From an uncultured virus (IMG/VR IMGVR_UViG_3300031784_002315) (lineage: Duplodnaviria > Heunggongvirae > Uroviricota > Caudoviricetes): a stretch of 64,000 nucleotides of DNA. Positions 9,470-18,945 of the stretch are shown in pieces. The stretch lies in the IMG/VR virus record IMGVR_UViG_3300031784_002315, positions 1 to 64,000 of that record; one strand, 5' to 3'. The position numbers and the translations under genes were made by a program. Under the pieces are notes generated by a model. It searched no databases and was not told the DNA's origin. It saw only the letters and a list, made by a program, of their open reading frames with translations. Every line of letters begins with the position of its first letter. Position 1 is the first letter of the stretch.

Positions 9470-10085
9470 TATTAAACACGTAGGCAGAATCAAAAACAAT
9501 AAACGGAGAGCAATTGTTGCATATCGTACACTGCCAGGTGATCCGTATAATTGTTTAGTAGTTCTAACCGAATCACTTCCGTCAGATGAACACGATGTAC
9601 TAATCAAAGTAGTTGAGTCGCCTGCAGGTCAAGATGCATACGAGTTAGCAGAAGTAATGGCTAGGTCATATCTTCCTGACGGGCGTAACATGCTTTCTGG
9701 ATTTCATACTACTGGAAAATTAAGAAAAGTTCCAACCAACGAAATTGAAATGACTCCTGATAGCAAAACTGTTATCAGTCTTGACAAGTTAAATGAAGCC
9801 ATTGCTCAGCAACGTGGAATTTCGTTAGAAGATTTGGCTCTTAAACCTTCGGGTCAATCTGCCGAAACCCCACAGGTTATCAACGAAATGCCTCTAATGG
9901 CTGCTGAAACTGTTAACTCACAGATTACAGATGCTGTAACTACAATGCCGCCTACCGCAGAAGAAATGGCAGCACAATTGCGTAGTCAAGCAGATGCTAT
10001 GTTCAAGGAAGCAAAGAAAATGCGAGAAGTTGCAGAAACACTTGTTCCAACTGTAAAGAAAGTCAAAGCAGAAAAAAGTGCCTAA
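9462..10085 (+). CDS. hypothetical phage protein
   Basis: Start reassigned to ATG 9462 (MPNIKHVG) after GAGGA. Confidence 0.75.
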   Translation: MPNIKHVGRIKNNKRRAIVAYRTLPGDPYNCLVVLTESLPSDEHDVLIKVVESPAGQDAYELAEVMARSYLPDGRNMLSGFHTTGKLRKVPTNEIEMTPDSKTVISLDKLNEAIAQQRGISLEDLALKPSGQSAETPQVINEMPLMAAETVNSQITDAVTTMPPTAEEMAAQLRSQADAMFKEAKKMREVAETLVPTVKKVKAEKSA

Positions 10086-10395
10086 AAGAAAAGTTCATCC
10101 CGATCCTGAAACAGAAGAACACTGGCAAGAAATTTTTGATTCTGTCGAGATGGACTATCTTCCTCTAGAATATATTGACCGCATACTAATTACTTTTCAA
10201 GACGGTAGTGTATGGGACATTGATATAAAAGATAGTAAAAAAAAGCAACCTATCGAACAAATAGAAGATTCGTTAGATCAACTTTTTGAAGAATATGACG
10301 ACAACATCGAATCTATTGATTTTAGACTTGACTTAAAACGTGTTCAGACAGACGTTAGTAAGCGTGTTTATAAGTTCTTAAAATTAAACAGATAA
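10078..10395 (+). CDS. hypothetical acidic protein
   Basis: 105-aa ORF overlapping the previous gene. Confidence 0.7.
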   Translation: MPKRKVHPDPETEEHWQEIFDSVEMDYLPLEYIDRILITFQDGSVWDIDIKDSKKKQPIEQIEDSLDQLFEEYDDNIESIDFRLDLKRVQTDVSKRVYKFLKLNR

Positions 10396-10396
10396 T

Positions 10397-10447
10397 AAAT
10401 CTCCTAGAGTGATAAATATATAAAAGTATTATCACTCTAGGAGATTT
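10397..10447 (+). promoter_or_regulatory. 19-bp inverted repeat containing a TAAATA box and covering the RBS
   Basis: AAATCTCCTAGAGTGATAA (10397-10415) / TTATCACTCTAGGAGATTT (10429-10447). TAAATA at 10413-10418; AGGAGA lies in the right arm. Confidence 0.75.
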
Positions 10448-10452
10448 TCAAT

Positions 10453-12081
10453 ATGGCATTGCGATTAAGACGCGGGACTGAGGCAGAAAGAGGTTCTGTC
10501 ATCTTTCAAGAAGGCGAATTAGTTTATGTAACTGACACCAAAGACCTTTATGCCGGAGACGGGGTAACACCTGGAGGTATTAAAGTTTCTAATGTTGGAT
10601 CTCCAGATGCACTTACACAAAACTTAGACTTAGACGGATTCAACATTCTCGGAAGTGGTACTGTTACTGCAACTGCCTTTGTAGGCGACGGCAGCGGACT
10701 TACTAACTTACCTATCGGTGCAGGCGGTGTAGTCGAGGGTGTAAATTACAGAATTAATATTGTTGGAAACGATAGTAGTACTATTGTAAATTCTGCTACA
10801 AATACATTAACCGGTTTGTTTGTAGGCGACGGTAGCAATATTACCAACATCTTACTAGACCAACTCGACGATGCATTTATATCATTTCCTAGCAACGGAG
10901 AAGTGCTAACTTACACTGATGGCTTCTGGGTTAACGCACCCGCAACCGGTGGCGAAGGTATAGTTGCAGGTGGCGACTATCGAATCAATATTATCGGAAC
11001 CGATAGCACTAGAATAATTGATACTAATACAAATACAATAAGTGGACAGTTTGTTGGAGAACTTTCTGGTTCTGTATTTACAGACAACTCGTCAATAATT
11101 ATTGACGGCATTGACGGAACAATATATTCTGATAGTATAAAACATACAGGCGGTGCTCTAAAAGTAGAAAACGCTACTGTTGGGGTTAGAACTACTCTTA
11201 ATGTTAATAGTGTTGACGAACTTTCTAGAGTAACAATATCAAGAGAGTCAAACTCAACAATTAACGATAGTATGGTTTATGGTAGATTAGATTTTGTAAA
11301 AAACGATCCTGGCGGACTTGTCACTACTGCAACTGTTGGTGCTGATAACCTAGGATTATTTTTTGCTATTAACCCAACAGGAATTACTTCTAACGAACCT
11401 GAGTACGTTGTTTTTTCTGCAGATAATAATTTTGGAATAGGAGTTTTTGATCCGCAAACAAAACTTGAAATTAAAGACGGCAGTTTAAGATTCAACGAAT
11501 CAAGAAATCTTTTAGACATCTCTCCGGCTTCACTTTACGAACTAACTGTTGATATCAATAACAACACACTAGCGTTCTATGACGGTGTTGAATGGAGAAA
11601 TATTGTAGCATCCGGAAGCACAGCACTTGAAACAGTGTTACCTGGAGGTTTATTTATTGGAGCATATGATCAAGCCACTATAAATTCTTTTGGACTTGAC
11701 AGTGCAAACATTACCGGTTCTATAGTTTATAATTCAGATAGCGACAGATTTGAATTTTTCCAATCCGGTTCATGGATCCCGCTTGCAAATCAAGAACTCG
11801 AAGAAACATCTGATGTACGTTTTGCAAGTGTTACTGCCGATAGTTTCATTAGTACCGGAGCAGGAACTCCTACACTAGAAAGTGCTACAAACCTCGATCT
11901 ACAAGCAGGTAACGCTGTTAGAGTAATAGGTGCTCCATTTAGATTAGCAAATCTTACAACAACTCAACGAAATGCATTAACTGCTGCAAATGGCGATATG
12001 ATATACAACTCAACTGCAAACAGAATTCAGGCATATCAAAACGGTGCTTGGATTAATCTAGACGACGGAACTTCTGCATAA
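10453..12081 (+). CDS. tail fibre / virion structural protein (Mtd-N-like N-terminus)
   Basis: LRLRRGT..ER....GEL.Y.TDT..LY.GDG.T.GG N-terminus; F.GDGS.LTN repeats; G.I.YN......Y.G.W modules. Confidence 0.75.
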   Translation: MALRLRRGTEAERGSVIFQEGELVYVTDTKDLYAGDGVTPGGIKVSNVGSPDALTQNLDLDGFNILGSGTVTATAFVGDGSGLTNLPIGAGGVVEGVNYRINIVGNDSSTIVNSATNTLTGLFVGDGSNITNILLDQLDDAFISFPSNGEVLTYTDGFWVNAPATGGEGIVAGGDYRINIIGTDSTRIIDTNTNTISGQFVGELSGSVFTDNSSIIIDGIDGTIYSDSIKHTGGALKVENATVGVRTTLNVNSVDELSRVTISRESNSTINDSMVYGRLDFVKNDPGGLVTTATVGADNLGLFFAINPTGITSNEPEYVVFSADNNFGIGVFDPQTKLEIKDGSLRFNESRNLLDISPASLYELTVDINNNTLAFYDGVEWRNIVASGSTALETVLPGGLFIGAYDQATINSFGLDSANITGSIVYNSDSDRFEFFQSGSWIPLANQELEETSDVRFASVTADSFISTGAGTPTLESATNLDLQAGNAVRVIGAPFRLANLTTTQRNALTAANGDMIYNSTANRIQAYQNGAWINLDDGTSA

Positions 12082-13652
12082 TGGAAACCAAAGAATATAT
12101 CGTTAGCACAATACGTGGTATAGATATTGCAGATGTCGATACAGAGATGACTGCGTCAACTGGTAGTAGTACTATTCCAAATAGAAGTTGTGAAATCTGC
12201 AATAGTAGACCATTAAGTACTAGACAGACTCATTATCATTTAACTGATGCCGAAGCAGAAGCATTACGCAACGATCCTAGAATTTATTCTGTAGAAATTC
12301 CGCCAAATCAACGTGATGATATTTCTATTGGTCACAATGCTGTGCAAACTGGCAATTTTACTAAAACAAGTTCGGACTCGGGGAGTTTTATCAACTGGGG
12401 TTTAAAACGTTGTATTTCTGAAACTAATAATTACGGATCTGGAACTACTATTGATAACTTATTTTCCTACAGTGCTGATGGTTCAGGTGTTGACATTGTT
12501 ATACACGATTCAGGATTACAAGTTGATCATCCTGAATTCAACGATGCAAATGGTATTAGTAGAGTTCAACTAATCAATTGGTATACAGAAAGTGGCTTGG
12601 CAGGAACACAAAGTGTAAACCATTATAGAGACTACGACGGACACGGTACACACGTTGGAGGAATTGCTGCTGGCAAAACATTTGGGTGGGCCAAAAATGC
12701 AAGAATCTATGCTCTTAAGGTTAATGGTTTAGAAGGTGCTGGCGATAGCGGAACTGGAATTTCTATCACAGACTGTTTTGATGTTGTAAAAGGGTGGCAC
12801 CAAAACAAACCCATTGATCCAGCAACTGGATATAAACGACCAACTGTGGTAAATATGAGTTGGGGATATGGTACAACCTTTACAAATATCACCGGCGGGT
12901 CATATCGAGGTACTCCATGGGTAGGTACTAGTAGAGATACATCAAAAGGAATGATCGGTTCCTTTACCCTTTCTGGTTATAGACACGTTGTTAGAGTAGA
13001 TTCAGTAGATGTCGATTTACAAGAACTTATTGATGTAGGTGTGCATGTGTTTATTGCTGCTGGAAATACATACCAAAAAATTGATGTATCCGGCGGTCTC
13101 GACTACAACAACTATTATACTAAAACAGGTACCGGCGATGTTTATTATCACAGAGGTGGTTCACCCATAGACGACCAAGCGTTTATGGTTGGCAACATCG
13201 ATAGTACAGTGTTTAGTGCAACCACCGAATACAAAGCCAGCAGTAGCGAAAGTGGACCTGGCGTAGATATTTGGGCACCCGGTACAAATATTATGAGTTG
13301 CACTAGTACAACCAACGAATGGGGTGGCGGATCTCAAAATTACTATTTAGACAGTAATTATAGACAGACAAATATCGGTGGTACTAGTATGGCGTCACCA
13401 CAGGTTGCTGGTGTTGCAGCATGTTATTTGCAAATCAATCCGCAAATGACTCCTGCACAACTCAAAACAAAAATACTTGCTGACAGTAAACAAAACGTTG
13501 TTTATACAACAGGGTTAAGCAATGATTACACCAATGACCGAAGTATCGAAGGTGGCAATAATCTTTTCTTATACAATAAGTATAACCAAGCAACAGTTGG
13601 CGGAATTACCGGACCAATGTCAACAACAGTACTATTAAAAAATAAAAACTAA
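12081..13652 (+). CDS. subtilisin-family (S8) serine peptidase
   Basis: Triad motifs IHDSG, GHGTHVGG and GTSMASPQVAG; oxyanion AAGN. Confidence 0.92.
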   Translation: METKEYIVSTIRGIDIADVDTEMTASTGSSTIPNRSCEICNSRPLSTRQTHYHLTDAEAEALRNDPRIYSVEIPPNQRDDISIGHNAVQTGNFTKTSSDSGSFINWGLKRCISETNNYGSGTTIDNLFSYSADGSGVDIVIHDSGLQVDHPEFNDANGISRVQLINWYTESGLAGTQSVNHYRDYDGHGTHVGGIAAGKTFGWAKNARIYALKVNGLEGAGDSGTGISITDCFDVVKGWHQNKPIDPATGYKRPTVVNMSWGYGTTFTNITGGSYRGTPWVGTSRDTSKGMIGSFTLSGYRHVVRVDSVDVDLQELIDVGVHVFIAAGNTYQKIDVSGGLDYNNYYTKTGTGDVYYHRGGSPIDDQAFMVGNIDSTVFSATTEYKASSSESGPGVDIWAPGTNIMSCTSTTNEWGGGSQNYYLDSNYRQTNIGGTSMASPQVAGVAACYLQINPQMTPAQLKTKILADSKQNVVYTTGLSNDYTNDRSIEGGNNLFLYNKYNQATVGGITGPMSTTVLLKNKN

Positions 13653-13682
13653 ATTTAATCAAAAAAAATATATCTATGCAAT

Positions 13683-13716
13683 AAGTGTGCTAATTACAGT
13701 TAGCACACTTTCTTTT
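13683..13716 (+). terminator. hairpin terminator-like element (contains TAATTA)
   Basis: AAGTGTGCTAA-ttacag-TTAGCACACTT followed by TCTTTT. Confidence 0.6.
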
Positions 13717-13726
13717 AGAGGTTTTA

Positions 13727-14851
13727 ATGAATAAACTAGAAAACTATTGTCTTGCAACATCGGTATCTTCGCCTACCCTTGTAATTGATTTAAATATTGT
13801 AGAAGAGAATTTTAATATTTTTAAAAATTCTCTTCAAGATTATAAAATACACTATGCTGTTAAAGCTAACCCAAACCTCGATGTATTAAAACTGTTAGTA
13901 AAATTAGATAGTTATTTTGATGTTGCTAGTGGCAACGAAATTAAACAATGTCTTAAAGCAGGAGCCGATCCTAAAAAATTAAGTTTTGGTAGTACTATTA
14001 AAAGTATAAAGGATATAAAATACTCTTACAAAAACGGTGTAACACTGTTTGCTGCGGATTCAATCGAAGAATTAAAAAAAATAGAAACCTATGCACCCGG
14101 CAGCGATGTGTTTATTCGTGTACTACTTGGAGACACTGAAGCACTAAGACCGTTGAATAAAAAATTCGGCTGTAGTACCGACATGGCAGAACATCTATTC
14201 GAACAAGCAAAAAATTTAAATATTAATTTAGTAGGACTTAGTTTTCATGTTGGATCGCAAACATTACATCCACACATGTGGTTTGATAGTTTAGATATAG
14301 TATCAACACTTTGGAATAAATTAAAAAATAAAGGATATAATTTAACAGTCCTTAATATCGGGGGTGGATTTCCTTCTAAGTACGACGAAGATATCACCAA
14401 TGTGCCTATATATTGTAACGTAATTAAAAACACAATACAACAAAAATTTGGTGCTGTTGAAAATATTTTTGCAGAACCGGGTAGAGCGTTAGTTGCAAAT
14501 TCTGGTATTGTAATTGCAGAATCTATACTAGTGAGTAAAAAAGATATCAACGATACAGATACATGGCTGTATCTTAACATAGGAAGATTTGGAGGACTTT
14601 ATAGTACAGATGGAGAGATTTTTAAATATAAAATAACTGCACCCCACTCTAGTGGCGAAAATGTTCCATATATAGTTGCTGGTCCAACATTGCACAGTGC
14701 TGACATTTTATACGAAAAATATCGACCATTACTGCCAAAGGATATTAAAAGCGGAGATAAAATTTTAATATATAACACAGGATCATATACTAGTGTTTAT
14801 TCAACTAGATTTAACGGATTTAGTCCTATTAAAACGAAAGTGTTAAAATGA
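13727..14851 (+). CDS. fold-type III PLP ornithine/lysine decarboxylase-like
   Basis: YAVKAN (PLP Lys), DVAS, KFG, FHVGSQ, GGGF, EPGR, FNGF. Confidence 0.88.
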   Translation: MNKLENYCLATSVSSPTLVIDLNIVEENFNIFKNSLQDYKIHYAVKANPNLDVLKLLVKLDSYFDVASGNEIKQCLKAGADPKKLSFGSTIKSIKDIKYSYKNGVTLFAADSIEELKKIETYAPGSDVFIRVLLGDTEALRPLNKKFGCSTDMAEHLFEQAKNLNINLVGLSFHVGSQTLHPHMWFDSLDIVSTLWNKLKNKGYNLTVLNIGGGFPSKYDEDITNVPIYCNVIKNTIQQKFGAVENIFAEPGRALVANSGIVIAESILVSKKDINDTDTWLYLNIGRFGGLYSTDGEIFKYKITAPHSSGENVPYIVAGPTLHSADILYEKYRPLLPKDIKSGDKILIYNTGSYTSVYSTRFNGFSPIKTKVLK

Positions 14852-15420
14852 AGGTTGTTAATATTTTAAAATACGGAGAGATAACTGATCAGTATTTTTA
14901 TAAAAAATTTTTACTACTTTTAGAAGAATTGTCGTTGTCAGAAGATAAAAGAAAAGAAAATTATTCATTAAGATCTCTTGACCTTGAAAATCATATGACT
15001 TTCGATTTACTAGTTGATAACAAAAAGATTGTTTGCTTTAGCGGACTTTATAATAGACCAGCATGGGGCGAAGGTATATTTAGAAGTTCAAATAGAACCT
15101 TTGTCAATCCAGAATACAGAACCAAAGTATATAATTTTTTAAATCCACAATTTATTGTACCTTCGCAAGTTGAATTTCACAAAAACGAAATTAGTTTGGT
15201 TTTTAATTCAAGAGAACACTACAAAGCAGAGTTATATTTTAAAAAAGCAAAAGAAAAGATTGAGTTTTATAATGACTGGATAATACATCCCGGAATGGTA
15301 CATGTTGTACCAAGGTCAAATAAAAAATCTGCTTATCAAAAAATAATGTATAAAATGTTTAAGGGCGAAATACCATTTAACTTTATAAGCACAGAAGAAT
15401 GGAAATCCTTAAAAGAATGA
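14848..15420 (+). CDS. hypothetical protein, possibly GNAT-fold
   Basis: IVCFSGL...NRTFVNPEYR resembles GNAT motif A. Confidence 0.4.
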   Translation: MKVVNILKYGEITDQYFYKKFLLLLEELSLSEDKRKENYSLRSLDLENHMTFDLLVDNKKIVCFSGLYNRPAWGEGIFRSSNRTFVNPEYRTKVYNFLNPQFIVPSQVEFHKNEISLVFNSREHYKAELYFKKAKEKIEFYNDWIIHPGMVHVVPRSNKKSAYQKIMYKMFKGEIPFNFISTEEWKSLKE

Positions 15421-16817
15421 ATTCTGTCGTAGATTTTCTAAAGCATAATGCTGTTAATCATAAATCAAAAATTGCAATATTAGATGAAACAACTTCGTTA
15501 TCTAATTCCGAGTTTTTTATTAAAATTCAAACTGCTTCCGATATATTAAAAACAATTGGTGTTAAAAAATATCATAAAATTATGATGATAAGCAATAATT
15601 CTATTGACTTTTTTGTATTGTTTTTTGCTATAAAATTACTTGGAGGTATTCCTATATTAATTAGTACTGCAATAAACAACAAAGAATTAACAGTAATTGT
15701 TGAAAAATCAAATCCAAATTTTGTGTTTTTAGCAAGTCAAAAAATAGAAAGATTTTTTGACGAACAAATAATAGGAACTGTGTTAACTTTTAATTATATT
15801 AAAACAAAAAACCTCAACATAGACACATCATTAGATAAAACAGGTGTTATGCTACATACTTCAGGAACAAGTGGAAATATTAAAGTTGTAGCATTGTCTG
15901 AAGATAATTTAATTTCTGGAGCAATAAAGACAAAAAAGAATAGAGCCGTTACTGAACAAGACGTCTTATATTTAATTTTACCTGCTACTTTTGTATTTGG
16001 ATTAAATCTTACACTTGGTATATTTTACTCTTCGGGTTCTGTATTTGTGGCTAATAAATTTAAAAGATCACACGTAAAATCTTTTGAAAAAAATAAGATA
16101 TCCATGTTATCATCGACTCCAATTAGCCTGTCGAGAATCACTTCTATAATGGAGGAACAACAAATTTCTGCATCATCTATAAGATACATTTCTTACGGAG
16201 GCGATGCACTAACCGAAGAACGTAAAAACTATATAGAAAAATTCTTCAATCTAAAACTAGTAAACGGCTACGGCATGACAGAAACTACTGCTACCATTAG
16301 TATTAACGACGGAACTATGAAAGGCGTAGGAAAACTAATCAACGGGTTAGAATTAAAATTTATGTTAGACAACAAACAAACATCAACAGAAGGAATAGTA
16401 TATCTTCGTGGAGATACTATAGGACAAGGATATTATGAATCCAATACTAGCATTACTCCGTACACAGATAACGGATGGTTTAATACTGGCGATTATGGCA
16501 AACTTGTTGACGGTGATTTGGTTTTAATTGGTCGTTATAAAGATCTATTCCTATATAACAGTGTAGCATATAATCCAGTTAACATCGAAAACGAACTACA
16601 AAAAATTATTAACAAGACAGTTATTATAGTGCAAAACAAAGAAAACAATTATGTGTTTGTAAAAAGTGTTTCTGATAGCGATAAATACCGGATAGACAAC
16701 TATATGAAATTAGTGTATAATATAGACAGGTTGATATATTTAAATTTAAAAAAAATTCCTATGTCTTATAACGGAAAAATAAAAAGAAACGAACTTTTAA
16801 AGAAAGTACTTGTATAA
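15417..16817 (+). CDS. AMP-binding acyl-CoA synthetase / adenylating enzyme
   Basis: HTSGTSGNIK, GYGMTE, TGD, GR.KD and GKI motifs; start at ATGA overlap 15417. Confidence 0.88.
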   Translation: MNSVVDFLKHNAVNHKSKIAILDETTSLSNSEFFIKIQTASDILKTIGVKKYHKIMMISNNSIDFFVLFFAIKLLGGIPILISTAINNKELTVIVEKSNPNFVFLASQKIERFFDEQIIGTVLTFNYIKTKNLNIDTSLDKTGVMLHTSGTSGNIKVVALSEDNLISGAIKTKKNRAVTEQDVLYLILPATFVFGLNLTLGIFYSSGSVFVANKFKRSHVKSFEKNKISMLSSTPISLSRITSIMEEQQISASSIRYISYGGDALTEERKNYIEKFFNLKLVNGYGMTETTATISINDGTMKGVGKLINGLELKFMLDNKQTSTEGIVYLRGDTIGQGYYESNTSITPYTDNGWFNTGDYGKLVDGDLVLIGRYKDLFLYNSVAYNPVNIENELQKIINKTVIIVQNKENNYVFVKSVSDSDKYRIDNYMKLVYNIDRLIYLNLKKIPMSYNGKIKRNELLKKVLV

Positions 16818-17677
16818 TGATAGGTCATGATTATAGTAACGATGTGTCAATGATAACTCATATAGAAGATAATTGTTTGTTTGTAACAAACAATGACTAT
16901 ACTGATTACATGAAAGATTTTTTGTTTTACGAATTTACACTAGAAGAACTCGGACTACCGTCTGCTGAGACTATGTTAGAAAATATTTTACAATTAGAAA
17001 AAGAAGTTGGATTGTACAACTGGACTACTAAAAACTTCGAATTTGATGATTACAAAGGATTTTCGTTAACTTATAATAAAGACTATATAGGCGATCAAGG
17101 GCTGTATAATCAAACTATGGGTACCAAAGAAATGACTCAAGTTTACGGAATTAGAGGAGAAAAGAGTTTACCGGGTGTTATAAAAAATACCTATTATGAT
17201 ACATTCGGTTTTAGACATGTTCATCCGGTTGTAAGAAAGTACTTTAACAATTTGTTTAATAAATTTAATTGCGGATTGTCTAGATCAAGAGTAAGTTATT
17301 TTTATCCACATAAAACCAAATTACCCGATACTTCGGGTATTCATGTTGACGAGTTGCCACTTTATCTGCTAAGAGTTAATATTCCACTTAAGACTAACAG
17401 TAATCATATTTTAAAGGCCGAAGGCAAAGACAAGTACGGAAATAAATTATCTATCGAAAAACATCTCGAAGTCGGTAAAGCATATATTTGGAATACAATA
17501 ATTCCGCATCAAGTTACTGTAAAAGAAGAAACTACAGATACCGAACCGAGAATACATTTAGTGTTAGGTCTTACTCCGTGGTTAGATTATAATGAATCCA
17601 ACGATGAATGGAGATTTAATTCTAATTATAAAAAATCGTTAAAAGAAATTGTACAAAATAAACTTTTTGTAAAATGA
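16817..17677 (+). CDS. Fe(II)/2OG oxygenase-like (Asp/Asn hydroxylase-like)
   Basis: IHVDE...RVNIPL...WNT.IPH...RIHLV (HxD...H...R). Confidence 0.6.
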   Translation: MIGHDYSNDVSMITHIEDNCLFVTNNDYTDYMKDFLFYEFTLEELGLPSAETMLENILQLEKEVGLYNWTTKNFEFDDYKGFSLTYNKDYIGDQGLYNQTMGTKEMTQVYGIRGEKSLPGVIKNTYYDTFGFRHVHPVVRKYFNNLFNKFNCGLSRSRVSYFYPHKTKLPDTSGIHVDELPLYLLRVNIPLKTNSNHILKAEGKDKYGNKLSIEKHLEVGKAYIWNTIIPHQVTVKEETTDTEPRIHLVLGLTPWLDYNESNDEWRFNSNYKKSLKEIVQNKLFVK

Positions 17678-18945
17678 GTTCTATAAGCATTTCTGAAGTT
17701 GAGGGCTATTTAAAGTCAAAGTTAACAGCGCCTACGATTGCAAATCCGGCAATTTATATCAACTGCGGATCTATTGATTCCGGTATTATTCCCTATGATA
17801 TTGTTGATAAAAATTCATTTCCTCGATTCATCTCAAGTACTGAAAGTCATAAACATATAAAAGTGTTACTTGACCATAAAGAACACGATTACTATATTAT
17901 TAATAAAGATTATAAAACAGATAATCAATGTAAATTTTCAAAAAATAATCATTTAAGTTTTGGATATGGACTAACTGCATTACCAAAATTACCAAAACTA
18001 CCCTTTATTGAAAGATTTGCTATACCTGACAATACTGAAAATTTAATTTGGTGGGAAGAATGTAAAAAAAGTGCAATCGATATTAAATCCAAATATCGAG
18101 ATATATTCTTATGTTTTAGCGGTGGAATCGATTCAGAATTAATGGGTCTTGCATTTGTTGACGCAAACGTAGACTTTATAGGATTTTCATTAGTATACAA
18201 ACATAAAGATCATATATTAAATCACCACGATGTTATTAATGCTATTAACTTTTGTAAAAAATATAATATTAAACATATTACAAAAGAAATAAACATTCTC
18301 GAAGATCTTTATAACAATCGTCATAGAGATTATTTTATTAATGGAGTATATGAAACATATTTTCTAATTCCGGGATTATATACACAACAGTTAATGATCG
18401 AATACATAAACAGTATAGGTGCTGTTCCTGTTATGGCATCAGACCAAGTTGAGATAAAATTTAACAAAGATAAAGAGCCAGTAATAGGCGATTGCTCGTA
18501 CTCTATCGGATTATCTGCACCCACCTGGGCTCATATAACAAACAAAACCTGTATATATGATTTTTTTATGTATAGCCCAGAACAAATATATTCATTTCTC
18601 GATATTAACGATGTTAAAAACACCACTACAGTTGACTATGATTTTAAATTTAAAATTAGTAAAAAATATGGAAACCCTAATGTAAATTATTATAACAAAT
18701 TAACCGGTTACGAATTTATAAAAGAATACTTAAAAGAGTATTTTAATAAAGATCTACATGAACTTACTATGCAAACAATAGATGATATAGACTGGACTTT
18801 AAAACCAATGACACAATATATTCATCCCATCAAAGATATTTTAACAGAAAAAGCGTTTAACAATTGGCAAATTATTAGAACCACTTCAAACGACTTTTTA
18901 ACTAGAGGATTTGACGAAAATGACACAAGTTACTACGATTTTTAA
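17674..18945 (+). CDS. PP-loop (N-type ATP pyrophosphatase-like) protein
   Basis: LCFSGGIDSE motif. Confidence 0.55.
   Translation: MSSISISEVEGYLKSKLTAPTIANPAIYINCGSIDSGIIPYDIVDKNSFPRFISSTESHKHIKVLLDHKEHDYYIINKDYKTDNQCKFSKNNHLSFGYGLTALPKLPKLPFIERFAIPDNTENLIWWEECKKSAIDIKSKYRDIFLCFSGGIDSELMGLAFVDANVDFIGFSLVYKHKDHILNHHDVINAINFCKKYNIKHITKEINILEDLYNNRHRDYFINGVYETYFLIPGLYTQQLMIEYINSIGAVPVMASDQVEIKFNKDKEPVIGDCSYSIGLSAPTWAHITNKTCIYDFFMYSPEQIYSFLDINDVKNTTTVDYDFKFKISKKYGNPNVNYYNKLTGYEFIKEYLKEYFNKDLHELTMQTIDDIDWTLKPMTQYIHPIKDILTEKAFNNWQIIRTTSNDFLTRGFDENDTSYYDF

Noticed and set aside
10453..12081. Mtd-like N-terminus suggesting a diversity-generating retroelement target
   Set aside because: No RT gene or TR/VR pair is seen in the window; this N-terminal module is common in fibre proteins.
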